From Myxococcota bacterium (GTDB lineage: Bacteria; Myxococcota_A; UBA9160; UBA4427): DNA of 64,000 bases. A model generated the notes under the pieces. The model made no database searches. It was not told where the DNA came from and saw only the letters and a program-made list of their open reading frames with translations. Shown in pieces: positions 24,998 to 37,972 of this stretch (position 1 is its first letter; every line of letters begins with the position of its first letter). Position numbers and translations under genes: made by a program. The DNA is taken from assembly GCA_965250285.1 (NCBI GenBank), contig OZ252299.1, forward strand, positions 6,016,001-6,080,000, written 5' to 3'.

Positions 24998-25597
24998 ATG
25001 GACGACGACGCAAAGCAAGAAGCCATCGAGCAGCTCCTGGCTCAGGGGCTCGACTATTACGGCGTGGACGACGTCGCGAACGCAATCCTCACCTGGGAGC
25101 GCGTGCTGGCGATCGATCCGCACAACGCCGAGGCGCAGGACTACATGAAGACGGCCGATCGTCGCTCGACGCCCCGGCCCAAGAAGAAGAAGACCGCCCC
25201 TGTCGAGCCCGGACCCGAGACGGGGGTCATGGCCCAGGTCCGCGACCTGCTTCGCGAAGACCGGATCGCCGCCGCTTGGGAGATGATCGCGGCGTGCGCG
25301 CCCGCGGGCAGCATCACCGATCTTGCTTGGGAGGCGACGGTCGATCTCGCCCGCAGCCGTCGCTACGCCGAGCTGCGCGGTCGCTTCGGCAGCCTGTCGA
25401 TCGTACCGCGGCTCAACGCGAGTGACGCCGATCTGCGCGGGTACAACCTGCCGCCCAACGCCGGGTTCCTCGTCTCGATGGTCGACGGCATGACGCCGCT
25501 GTCCGACCTGATCTCGGTCTCGGGCATGGATGCCTTCGACGTGCTCCACACCCTCGAAGGCCTCGTGAACGCCGGACTCGTGGAGCTGGAACCGTGA
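24998..25597 (+). CDS. Hypothetical protein: N-terminal TPR, C-terminal winged-helix-like module
   Basis: GLDYYG...AILTWERVLAIDPHNAEA; LPPNAGFLVSMVDGMTPLSDL resembles the N-terminus of the J protein. Confidence 0.7.
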   Translation: MDDDAKQEAIEQLLAQGLDYYGVDDVANAILTWERVLAIDPHNAEAQDYMKTADRRSTPRPKKKKTAPVEPGPETGVMAQVRDLLREDRIAAAWEMIAACAPAGSITDLAWEATVDLARSRRYAELRGRFGSLSIVPRLNASDADLRGYNLPPNAGFLVSMVDGMTPLSDLISVSGMDAFDVLHTLEGLVNAGLVELEP

Positions 25598-26562
25598 GTG
25601 ACAATCTCACTTCGCTGCTGAACTTCCTCGACGCGCCGCTCATGATCGGAGACCCCGATGGTCGCGTGATCTGGGTGAATCCGGCGTTCGAGCGCACCTT
25701 CGACTGCAGCGGCGAATCGGTGCGCGGTCAGCCGCTCGCGATGCTCTTCGACGGCGGGGGCCGCGAGGCCGTGCTGTCGGCCGTGGCCGAGGTCTGCTCA
25801 CGCAGTGAGACGGTGCGCTTTCGCTTGAAGAAGGACGGCACGGGTTTTCTCGGCGTGTGTTCGCCGATCGAGGCCGAGGGCGGCAGCGTCGGCGTCGTGA
25901 TCCTGATGACGCTCGAGCCCGACACCGACGAGCGCCTGCTCGCGTTCCAGGCCGAGATCGCCGAGCCGCTCGACGAAGCGGCGCACATCCTCGACGAGTT
26001 GATGGAGCAGACCGGCGGACGCCGCGCCGAGCGTTACCGTGGTCTGGTCGAGCGCGGGCTGGGTGCGCTGCACCGGGCCCAGAAATGGAGCGACGAGCTG
26101 AAGGGCGCGCTCCAGGGGCAGCGCACGTCGCGCACCCAGAGCTCGGTCGATCCGGTCAAGGTGGTGCGCAATGTCTCGCACTCGATGCTCGAGGACGGCG
26201 GTCACGCAGGCCCCAAGCTCTACCTGCTCGTGCCGTCGTCGCTGCCGGCGGTGCTCGGTGACGCGACGATGCTCGAGACGGCGCTGCTCCGGTTGGTGCG
26301 CAGCCGCGGGATGGAGGCGGACGGCGAAGCCTGGCTGTCGCTGTCGGCACGGGTGAGCGGGCAGGGCGCCGATCGACGCGTGTTCTTCTCGGTCATCGAC
26401 CGCTGCTTCGACGAGCTCGCAGCAGCGGGCGCCGAAGCCGAGCCCGAGCCCAAGCTCGTCCGAGCCGCCGTCTCGGCCCTTGGGGGAGAGATCCTCACTT
26501 GGACCGAGCCCGGCATGGGCCGCGTGACCACGATCTCGCTGCCCATCGCCGAAGCCGGCTGA
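25594..26562 (+). CDS. PAS domain plus degenerate histidine-kinase fold (pseudokinase)
   Basis: PAS: GDPDGRVIWVNPAFERTF; H-box-like FQAEIAEPL without His; HATPase-like tail LGGEI....PGMG..TISLP; GTG start overlaps upstream TGA. Confidence 0.7.
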   Translation: MSDNLTSLLNFLDAPLMIGDPDGRVIWVNPAFERTFDCSGESVRGQPLAMLFDGGGREAVLSAVAEVCSRSETVRFRLKKDGTGFLGVCSPIEAEGGSVGVVILMTLEPDTDERLLAFQAEIAEPLDEAAHILDELMEQTGGRRAERYRGLVERGLGALHRAQKWSDELKGALQGQRTSRTQSSVDPVKVVRNVSHSMLEDGGHAGPKLYLLVPSSLPAVLGDATMLETALLRLVRSRGMEADGEAWLSLSARVSGQGADRRVFFSVIDRCFDELAAAGAEAEPEPKLVRAAVSALGGEILTWTEPGMGRVTTISLPIAEAG

Positions 26563-26702
26563 TCGCGCCCATCGCCGAAGCGTTCCGTCGATCTCGCCGA
26601 GCCGGTGCCGGCGGCCGCGTCGCGTGCGTCGCAACCTCGCGCTGCGCCGCTCGCGGGCGGGAGCGCAGCCGTTAGAATCCGGCCTCCATTCAGGAGGTCT
26701 CC

Positions 26703-27911
<1,209 letters not shown>

Positions 27912-29882
27912 CGCCGGCTGACTCGCGCTCGCCGGAGGCTTCGGCGGGCGCGGGCTCGCGCTCGGCCAGAAAGCGCAGCAGGTGCGGGACGGCCAGCTTC
28001 ATCATGTCGACGTCGGGCGCGAGCGTGTCGCCGAGCTGGAACAGGTACGAGAGCGTCTTCGCGTAGAGCAGGAGATCGTTGGGCAGCTGCAGACCGGGCG
28101 TCTCGCGCAGGAGCGCCTTGGCTTCGTCCTTGAGCGCGAGGATGCGTGAGCCCGGCTGCTGAAGCACCGCACCGCCCATGCGATCGAACATCGAGTCGAC
28201 GGCCGCCCGGACCCCTGCCTCGGCGCCCGGCGCGATCATGTCGAGGGCGTGCATGTGCTCGACGAAGGCCGCCGGATCGCGCTTCAAGACGGCGAAGAGC
28301 GCCTGCCGGATCGCCTGACGCAGCTGCGGCGAGAGCTGTCGGGACAGGCCGAAGTCGAGGAACACGACCCGCGGCCGCGCCGGATCGTCACCGGCCACGG
28401 CGAGCAGATTGCCGGGATGTGGATCGGCGTGGAACAGCCCGTCGACGAAGATCTGCCGGGCATACGCGCGCGTCAGGATCTCGACCACCCAAGCCGGATC
28501 GATGCCCTGCGCCCGCAGCGTCTCGGCGCGCTCGATCGGCACCCCGTCGACGTAGTCGAGCGTCAGCATGCGCGTGCGTGTCCACTCCGCATGCACGCCG
28601 GGGACGACGATGGCCTCGTCGCTTGCCAGGTTCTGCGCGATGCGTCGCGCCGCGTCGGCCTCGGCCTCGAAGTCGAGCTCGTTCGCGACGCCCGACGCGA
28701 ACTCGGCGAAGAGCCGCTCGAAGGCAGCGGCCTCGACGCCGCGGGCACGCAGCAGCGGGCGCAGCCCGAGCCGAACGACCGCGAGGTCGTTTCGCATCGA
28801 GTCGCGCAGCCACGGGTACTGCACCTTCACCGCGACCTCGGTGCCATCATGGAGCCATGCGCGGTGCACCTGCGCGATGCTGGCCGCTCCGATGGGTCGG
28901 TGTTCGATGCGCGCGAAGACCTCGATCACCGATCGACCCAAGGCTTGCTCGACCACGGCGCGGGCCACCGAGAGCGACAGCGGCGGCACGCGGTCGCGCA
29001 GCGACGCGAGCGCGTCATGCACCTCGATGGGGACGAGGTCGGGCCGCGTCGCGGCGAACTGTCCCAGCTTCGCGAATACGCCCTTCAGTCGGCCGAGCAC
29101 GGCGACGGTGTCGCGGGCGCTGCGTTCGAGTCGGGCGCGACGGCGCGCTTCGACCGACGCCGTCGACCAGCGATCGCCGAGCGCGCCGCAGCCATGACGG
29201 AGAGTCAGCCGCAACGCGAGCCAGCCGATCCGCAGCGCGGGCTCGACCCCGCTCGTGCGCAGCCAGAAGCGGGGCGGCACCCGCAGCGGGATCGTCGTCC
29301 CCGGCGACCGCGCCGTCGAGGGGGTGGCGGGGGGGATCGGCCCCCTGGGCGCGACGGCTCCGTGCTCCAGGGCCGTCGACGCAGGTCGCGACCGAATGGC
29401 GCTCGCCGCGGCGGCATCGCCATCGGTGGTCTGTGCGGAGGCGCCGGCTTCGGCGCGTCGCGGCTTCGGAAAGTTCTCCGTCACGGCCGTCGCAGGGTCT
29501 CCGAGTCCGAGGGAATTCGAGTCGAATGGCCGACCGGGGCGGTCGCCATCCGGCCGACAGGAGCGCTAGAGTCATAGCCGGTTTTCAATGGGGGCGGAGT
29601 CGGCTCGCCCGTGCCGTTCCGGTCCCCTTCCTCGATCACTGCAACACGACCTGGATGAGCCGGGTCCGGGCCCTCGACTGCGAGGCCGGGCCCCCGCTGC
29701 AGGTCGCCGGATCGAGCGTCTTCCGGCAGCGAGGATTCTGGCGGCCATCCGGGCGCCCGCGGTTTGCGCGAGCGCCCCTGTGTCCTCGTGTCGGGTCGGG
29801 TCGTCTGTGAACGGCGTCACGTCCCGCAGTGTCGCAAGCGCGGGTTCAGTCCCAGCCCGGCTGGGCAGAGAAGGAGCACAGC

Positions 29883-31208
29883 ATGATTCGTACTCGTATT
29901 GCCCCGGGCGTGCTCGCCCTGGTCGCGGTGCTGACGGCGCCGCTCTTCCAGGCCGCCGCTCAGGAGGATGCCTCGGGGATGGGGCCGACCTTCAAGGAAG
30001 GTGACATCATCACCTACGAAGAGGTCGACGCGCTGAGGCCCTATCTGCCGGAAGAGTTCTGGAACAACCGCGACTTCTTCTTCTACGAGGGCATGCAGCT
30101 CGAGGTCGGCCCCTTCCATCGCGACTACTCGCCGTCCGAGGCCTACATGCAGGCGACCGAGCAGTATCGCGGCCAGTCGCGGATCGGCCCCGACAACAGC
30201 CTCGAGAACTACACCGCGGGCCGCCCGTTCCCCAACGACACGATCGACTGCGCCAGCGACCCGCAGGCCGGCGTCAAGATCATGTGGAACTTCGACTACG
30301 TCTGGGCCGGCGCGGGCGCCACGACGACCTTCTACTACTCGTACTGGGATCGCGGTGAGGAGCTGCCGCTCTACTACGAGGGCAACTCGAAGGCCGTGAC
30401 CCTGTCGCACCGGGTCGAGCCCGAGTACGAGGCCACCGGCGGCGACGTCTTCCGCAACGAGAAGCGCAAGAACGCCTTCGGCGTCGACGTGACGGCCCCC
30501 TTCGATGCGCGCGGCATCATGCTGATGTCCTATCGCTACAAGTCGACGGATCGTCCGCGCTCCGAGGCGAAGAACGACGACACCTGGGTCTACGTGCCGA
30601 CGCTGCGCCGCGTGCGCCGCATCTCGACGGCCCAGCGCACCGACTCGATCTCGGGCACCGACTTCACCTTCGACGACCTGCGCAGCTTCGCCGGGATCGT
30701 CCCCCAGTACGAATGGGAGTGCCTCGGTGAGATGGACATGATCGGCCCGGTGAACACGCAGGTGAAGGCGTTCCCGTACGATCGCGACCACAACTTCGGC
30801 CCCTACGGCCTCTCGTTCGCCGATGATCGCTGGGAGATGCGCCGCGTGTACAAGGTGCGCATGACGCCCAAGAACGCGGATCACCCGTATCACCACAAGG
30901 ACATCTACATCGACAAGGAGACCTACTCGGCTCTGTACTCCTTCGCATACGACCAGAAGGAGGAGCTCTGGAAGATCATCTGGCACAACCGCCGCTGGAG
31001 CGAGGATGATCTGACCGAGGGCTACTACCAGGGCTGGGAGGGTGTCCCCGAGCCGCGCGACAGCCGGATCATCGCGGACATCATCGTCAACGTGCAGACC
31101 GGTACGGGCAACCGCATCGAGATCTGGGACAACGAAGGGTCGCCCTTCAAGAGCAAGGGCAAGATCCGCCGCTACATCGACGTCGGCCGCCTCACCAAGG
31201 GTCGCTGA
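29883..31208 (+). CDS. DUF1329-family (LolA-like) secreted protein
   Basis: Signal peptide; GRPFP, GVKIMWN, DDTWVYVPTLRRVRRIST.QR.D, WEMRRVYKV; AAGGAG SD. Confidence 0.85.
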   Translation: MIRTRIAPGVLALVAVLTAPLFQAAAQEDASGMGPTFKEGDIITYEEVDALRPYLPEEFWNNRDFFFYEGMQLEVGPFHRDYSPSEAYMQATEQYRGQSRIGPDNSLENYTAGRPFPNDTIDCASDPQAGVKIMWNFDYVWAGAGATTTFYYSYWDRGEELPLYYEGNSKAVTLSHRVEPEYEATGGDVFRNEKRKNAFGVDVTAPFDARGIMLMSYRYKSTDRPRSEAKNDDTWVYVPTLRRVRRISTAQRTDSISGTDFTFDDLRSFAGIVPQYEWECLGEMDMIGPVNTQVKAFPYDRDHNFGPYGLSFADDRWEMRRVYKVRMTPKNADHPYHHKDIYIDKETYSALYSFAYDQKEELWKIIWHNRRWSEDDLTEGYYQGWEGVPEPRDSRIIADIIVNVQTGTGNRIEIWDNEGSPFKSKGKIRRYIDVGRLTKGR

Positions 31209-31225
31209 TCGTCGAACGAGACCGA

Positions 31226-31262
31226 GCCCCTCGCGGTCGCCTGGCCGCGAGGGGCGGCTTTC
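31226..31262 (+). terminator. GC-rich hairpin, possible terminator or stabiliser
   Basis: GCCCCTCGCGG-N8-CCGCGAGGGGC followed by GGCTTT (weak U-tract). Confidence 0.5.
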
Positions 31263-31313
31263 CTCCTCCGCGCGTTCGCTCCTCGGGAGCGACCTGACCA
31301 GGATCCGTTCGAC

Positions 31314-32801
31314 ATGCATCGACTCACGGGTTGGATCGGCATCGTGGCCCTCCTCGCCATCGCGAGCTTTGGCTGCCACGACGTGCACCTCGACTTCGAC
31401 ACGCACGAGAGTGAGATCGTCCTCTTCGACGACCTCTACTCGGTCTCGGTCGTCGACGAGAATCACGCGGTGACGGTCGGCTACTACGGCACCGTCTACT
31501 ACACCGACGATGGCGGCGACAGCTGGAAGCGCGGCCAGACCGACGTGCTGACGCCGCTGTACAGCGTGAGCATGGCGACGTCGCAGGAGGGCTGGGCGGT
31601 CGGCCAGCGCGGTCTGATCCTGCGGACCGACGACGGCGGTCGCACCTGGGCACGCCAGCCCAACCTGAAGGAGAAGGAGGGCGCCCACCTCTTCGGTGTC
31701 ACCGCCATCGACGCGCAGCGCGCGATCGCCGTCGGTGAATGGGGCACCCGGCTCCTGACCGAGGACGGCGGCCAGACCTGGATCGACAACTCGTTCAAGG
31801 TCGATCAGCAGCACCCGATGTTCGTGTGGCTCTCGCCCGAGGATCAGGAGAAGATCCGCGAGGGCGGCACCGTGTACGACGACGTCGGCGTGAACGACGT
31901 GTTCTGCGACGGCGACCGCTGCTGGCTCGTCGGCGAGTTCGGCTACATCTTCTACAGCGAGGACGCCGGCAAGACCTGGCTGCCGAGCTCGATCGAGGGC
32001 TCGATGGAGCTCGAGCCCTTCGAGCTCGGTCACAATCAGCTCGTCGTCGACGACGCGGGACAGGTCGCGCTCGCCGGCTTCGCCGAGGGCATCCGCGACG
32101 AGGGGCACCTGAACGTGGCGATCGAGGCCGTGGTCTCGGGCCGCGAGATCGAAGAGTTCACGGTCGACGACGATCCGTACCCGCTCTTCGAGATCATCGA
32201 AGCGCGCATCTCCGAGGTGCGCATCATGCTCGAAGACGCAGGGCTGCCCACCGAGCGCGTGCGCGAGCGGGGCCGTCCGCCGTGGGACTACGAGGACTAC
32301 CTCGACGACGATCCCGAGTTCTTGAACCGCTACCTCGTCGGGCGCGAACACCCTTCGCCGGGCGTGAAGGTGCGCGTGATCCAGAACCCGGTGCTCTTCA
32401 CCGTGCGCTTCCGGGACCCCGACAACGGCATGATCGCCGGCCTCGGTGGCGTCGTGCTCGCCTCGGACGACGGAGGCAAGAGCTGGGCGTACCGCAAGAC
32501 CGATCGCACCCAGGCGATCTTCTCGGTCGACTCGCTGCCGGGCCGCGCCGTGGCCGTCGGCGAGAAGGGCATCATGCGCACGTCGACCGACGAGGGCCGG
32601 AACTGGGCGAAGCCCGGCGCGGACGACTTCCCGATCGTCTTCACGTACATGCGCGACGTCGACTTCGCGCGCTCGGGCAAGCTCGGCTTCATCGTGGGCC
32701 AGACGGGCCAGATCCTGCGCTCGACCGACGCCGGCATCGCCTGGGAGCAGGTGCTGCCGCCCGCCGATCGGGTGACCGGCATGACGTCGGACCCGAGCTG
32801 A
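31314..32801 (+). CDS. YCF48-like BNR/Asp-box beta-propeller lipoprotein
   Basis: Lipobox SFGC; repeated VG..G.I.xT.DGG.(S/T)W Asp boxes; usual neighbour of DUF1329. Confidence 0.85.
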   Translation: MHRLTGWIGIVALLAIASFGCHDVHLDFDTHESEIVLFDDLYSVSVVDENHAVTVGYYGTVYYTDDGGDSWKRGQTDVLTPLYSVSMATSQEGWAVGQRGLILRTDDGGRTWARQPNLKEKEGAHLFGVTAIDAQRAIAVGEWGTRLLTEDGGQTWIDNSFKVDQQHPMFVWLSPEDQEKIREGGTVYDDVGVNDVFCDGDRCWLVGEFGYIFYSEDAGKTWLPSSIEGSMELEPFELGHNQLVVDDAGQVALAGFAEGIRDEGHLNVAIEAVVSGREIEEFTVDDDPYPLFEIIEARISEVRIMLEDAGLPTERVRERGRPPWDYEDYLDDDPEFLNRYLVGREHPSPGVKVRVIQNPVLFTVRFRDPDNGMIAGLGGVVLASDDGGKSWAYRKTDRTQAIFSVDSLPGRAVAVGEKGIMRTSTDEGRNWAKPGADDFPIVFTYMRDVDFARSGKLGFIVGQTGQILRSTDAGIAWEQVLPPADRVTGMTSDPS

Positions 32802-33024
32802 AGGGCGCCTCGAGGCTCGACTCGGGCCGGCCCACTGATCTGCCACGCGCCGCCGAGCCCCGACCCGGGCCGGCGGCGCGCCTCGTTTTGGGCGCGCGTC
32901 GTTCTGGGCTCGCGCCGGCGCGCGGGGGTTTGCCCTCGCTCTGGCGGAGGGCCTCACAGCGGGGTCTCGCAGCGCCGGGGTGCGCGCGCTCGCGCCGATC
33001 GTCGGGGGCACTTCCCAATCGCGA

Positions 33025-33053
33025 CTCAAGCCGGCAACTTTGCGCTCCGATCC
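33025..33053 (+). promoter_or_regulatory. Putative sigma28-like promoter
   Basis: CTCAA-N16-TCCGATCC upstream of the GGDEF gene. Confidence 0.5.
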
Positions 33054-33137
33054 GACTGGGAAGCCCTTTTCGGCGCGAGGCCGTGAACGGGGCGCACAGC
33101 CGGGCCCGAGCGCCCGACACGCCGAGGACCCCGCCCG

Positions 33138-34550
33138 ATGAGCCAGCAGGCACCGCGTTCGCGATCGACGCTGCTCTGGTGCGGGCCGCCCTCGGTGCGG
33201 GATCGCGTCGAGGCGCTGCTCTCGGATCTCGATGTCGAGCTGACCGGATGCACCGACGCGTGTGATCTGCCCCGGCTCGTCGCGTCGAGCGACGCCGCCG
33301 GCGCGCTCGTGCACGCCCTCGCGATCGAGGCCGACGCCGACGACTGGGAACGCGCCGCATCGGCCCTCGAATCGAGCCGGATCCCCTGGATGGTGCTCAC
33401 GCCCGACGACACGCCGCGACCGGCCGTGCTCGAGGCGGGCTCGGCCGCGGGCGCGCACGGACTCGTCGCGGCCGCCGATCTCGAGTCGGTGCTGCCCGTC
33501 TGGCTCGGTCCGCTCGTCGCGCTCGCCGGCAGCCGCAGCGAGCTCGGTTCACTGCGGCGCACGATCGAGTGGCAGGGACAGTTCCAGCAGCTTTCATCGT
33601 GCCTCGAGGCGGGCCAGCTGCATCCGCTCGGCCTCGATCTGCTGATGCGCGCATGCGGGCGCGAGCATGGGCTTGCGCTCTTTCATCCCGAGGGCCCGGG
33701 CAAGGGGCTCGCATCGGCCTTTCGCGGCTTCGACGAGGAGCAGTCCGATCTGCTGACGGCGCGGCTCGTCGACGACAAGCCCCTCGACCTCGAGGCGCTC
33801 GAGGGCATTGGCGTCGTCGACCGCGGACCCGTGCACGAGGCACTGCGAGAAGCGGGGGTGGCGGCCGACGAGATCCTGCAGGTGCCCGTCGAGGGAGAGG
33901 ACGGTCCGACCGGGGTGCTCTACGTGCCTTCGGGGGGTGTGCCGATGGGCGAGGTCGAGCGTTCGGCCGCTTCTCTGCTGCTCGAGTACGTCCGCATGGC
34001 CCAGATCAACGTCGAGAAGTACGGCAAGGCCAAGGAACGCGCCTTCGTCGACGACGTGACCGAGCTCTACAACGCACGCTATCTGATCCAGACGACCGAC
34101 AACGAGATCCAACGCGCCGATCGCTACGGCAACCCGATCTCGGTGTTGTTCCTCGATCTCGACCGGTTCAAGCGCGTGAACGACGAGTGGGGACACCTCG
34201 TCGGCTCGGAGACCCTGCGCCGGCTCGCTCGGCTGCTGTCGAGCTGCGTGCGCCAGGTCGATACGCTGGCGCGCTACGGCGGCGACGAGTTCACGATCCT
34301 GCTCGTCGACACCGACCACAATGCGGCCGTCCACGTTGCCGAGCGCATCCGTCGCACGGTCGAAGAAGAGACCTTCGAGGTCGGGCCCGAGGCACGGCTC
34401 AAGCTCACGGTCTCGGTCGGTGTGGCGACGTGCCCCGATCACGCGACGACGCGCGAGGCGCTGCTCGATGCGTCGGACAAGGCGATGTACCGGGCGAAGT
34501 CGGACGGACGCAATCGCGTCTGCTCGGCGCACGAGCTGTTCGACGACTGA
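33138..34550 (+). CDS. Diguanylate cyclase with degenerate REC-like/GAF-like N-terminus
   Basis: DDVTELYN, DLDRFKRVND.WGH..G, I-site RQVD, RYGGDEF, D.AMY.AK..GRN. Confidence 0.93.
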   Translation: MSQQAPRSRSTLLWCGPPSVRDRVEALLSDLDVELTGCTDACDLPRLVASSDAAGALVHALAIEADADDWERAASALESSRIPWMVLTPDDTPRPAVLEAGSAAGAHGLVAAADLESVLPVWLGPLVALAGSRSELGSLRRTIEWQGQFQQLSSCLEAGQLHPLGLDLLMRACGREHGLALFHPEGPGKGLASAFRGFDEEQSDLLTARLVDDKPLDLEALEGIGVVDRGPVHEALREAGVAADEILQVPVEGEDGPTGVLYVPSGGVPMGEVERSAASLLLEYVRMAQINVEKYGKAKERAFVDDVTELYNARYLIQTTDNEIQRADRYGNPISVLFLDLDRFKRVNDEWGHLVGSETLRRLARLLSSCVRQVDTLARYGGDEFTILLVDTDHNAAVHVAERIRRTVEEETFEVGPEARLKLTVSVGVATCPDHATTREALLDASDKAMYRAKSDGRNRVCSAHELFDD

Positions 34551-34573
34551 GGCGCCGACCCGGCCCGTCGCGT

Positions 34574-34602
34574 TTGACAGCGAATCCCCGCGCTGCTAAT
34601 TC
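34574..34602 (+). promoter_or_regulatory. Putative sigma70 promoter of aspS
   Basis: TTGACA-N17-TAATTC with TGn extended -10. Confidence 0.5.
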
Positions 34603-34784
34603 AAGCGACCGTTTTTGCAGGGTTTTTCCGGCGCGTGGCCCCGCCCCACGGTCGGTTTCCCCAGTCGAGCTTCCGCCCGCCCACCGAGCCAGTGCGCTGT
34701 CTGCACCACGGCGTGCGAGACTCCATCGCCCCGTCCCCCGGTCGCACTGCCCGGTGCGTCTGCGAACCAGAGATCGAGAACGAA

Positions 34785-36617
<1,833 letters not shown>

Positions 36618-36646
36618 GGTCACGCCCAAAGACGCGAGGTGTTCGA

Positions 36647-37903
36647 ATGCGATTCGGAGTCTTCTACGAGCTGCAGCTCCCGCGTCCCTGGAACGACGGC
36701 GCCGAGCACCGCCTCTTTCAAGAAGCCCTCTCACAAGTCGAGCTCGCCGATCGTCTCGGGCTCGACTACGCGTGGGAGGTCGAGCACCACTTTCTCGAAG
36801 AGTACTCGCACTCGTCCTCGCCCGAGGTGTTCCTCGCGGCCGCCGCAGCCCGCACCCAGCGCATTCGGCTAGGGCATGGCATTCGGCAGGTGATCGCCCA
36901 CTACAACCATCCGGCGCGCACGGCCGAGTGCATCTCTTCACTCGACCTCGTCTCGAGCGGACGCGTCGACTTCGGGATCGGCGAGGGGGCGACCCGCCTC
37001 GAGCTGCACGGCTTCGGGATCCCGGCGAAGACGAAGCGGGCGATGTCGCTTGAGGCGGCCGAGCAGATCGCGAACATGATGGTGATGGATCCGTACCCGG
37101 GCTTCGAGGGCGAGTCGTTCTCGATGCCCTGTCGGAACGTGCTGCCGAAGCCGATGCAGAAGCCGCACCCGCCTATGTGGATCGCCTGCACCAATCGAGA
37201 CACGATCAAGGTCGCCGCGCGTCACGGCCTCGGAGCCCTCGCGTTCTCGTTCGTCGACCCCGAAGAGGCACGCGCCTGGCAGAAGGTCTACTACGACATC
37301 ATCAAGAGCGACGAGTGCGTGCCGATCGGTCACACGGTGAACGCCAACATCGCGCTGGTGTCTTCGTTCTCGATCCACGAAGACCGTGTCGAGGCGATCC
37401 GTCGCGGGCAGGAAGGCTTCGAGTTCTTCAACTACGCGCTGCGCGCGCTGGTCACGCGCGACAGCGTGCCCGGCCGCTCGCGTCTCTGGGAGCAGTTCGT
37501 CGAAGAGCGGCGCGATCGGACCGAGCAGTTGATCGAGCTCGCCCGCACGGGCGATGCCTCGAAGTTCGCGCACGCCCCGGGCATCGGGACCCCGGACGAC
37601 TTCGCCGAGCACCTGCGCGAGATGCAGGCCGCGGGTGTCGATCAGGTGATCTTGATGCAGCAGGCGGGCAACAACCGCCACGAGCACATCTGCGAGGCGC
37701 TCGAGCTGTTTGCGCGCGACGTCATGCCCGAGTTCGTGGAGGGGCGCGAAGCGCGCGAGGCCGAGAAGGCGCGCGAGCTCGCGCCCTACATCGAGGCTGC
37801 GCTCGCCCGCAAGAAGCGGATGCCCAGCCTCGACGACGCCGACATTCCGGTGGTGGCGGCGTCGGTCAAGCGCGTGCAGGTGAACAGCGGCTCGGTGAGC
37901 TAG
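36647..37903 (+). CDS. LLM-class (luciferase-like) flavin-dependent oxidoreductase
   Basis: MRFGVFYELQ, VEHHFLEEYSHSS.PE, LDLVSSGRVDFG.G, PKPMQKPHPPMW. Confidence 0.92.
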   Translation: MRFGVFYELQLPRPWNDGAEHRLFQEALSQVELADRLGLDYAWEVEHHFLEEYSHSSSPEVFLAAAAARTQRIRLGHGIRQVIAHYNHPARTAECISSLDLVSSGRVDFGIGEGATRLELHGFGIPAKTKRAMSLEAAEQIANMMVMDPYPGFEGESFSMPCRNVLPKPMQKPHPPMWIACTNRDTIKVAARHGLGALAFSFVDPEEARAWQKVYYDIIKSDECVPIGHTVNANIALVSSFSIHEDRVEAIRRGQEGFEFFNYALRALVTRDSVPGRSRLWEQFVEERRDRTEQLIELARTGDASKFAHAPGIGTPDDFAEHLREMQAAGVDQVILMQQAGNNRHEHICEALELFARDVMPEFVEGREAREAEKARELAPYIEAALARKKRMPSLDDADIPVVAASVKRVQVNSGSVS

Positions 37904-37972
37904 GCGCTCGCACGGCCGATGCGCCCGGGCACGGCGGTTGTTTCTGGGCCCCGCGCCCCGCCTGCGCGCGGG

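Noticed and set aside
29817..33458. 1213-aa minus-strand ORF and many other long antisense or alternate-frame ORFs
   Set aside because: Shadow frames of real genes in high-GC DNA; Arg/Ala/Gly-rich with no motifs
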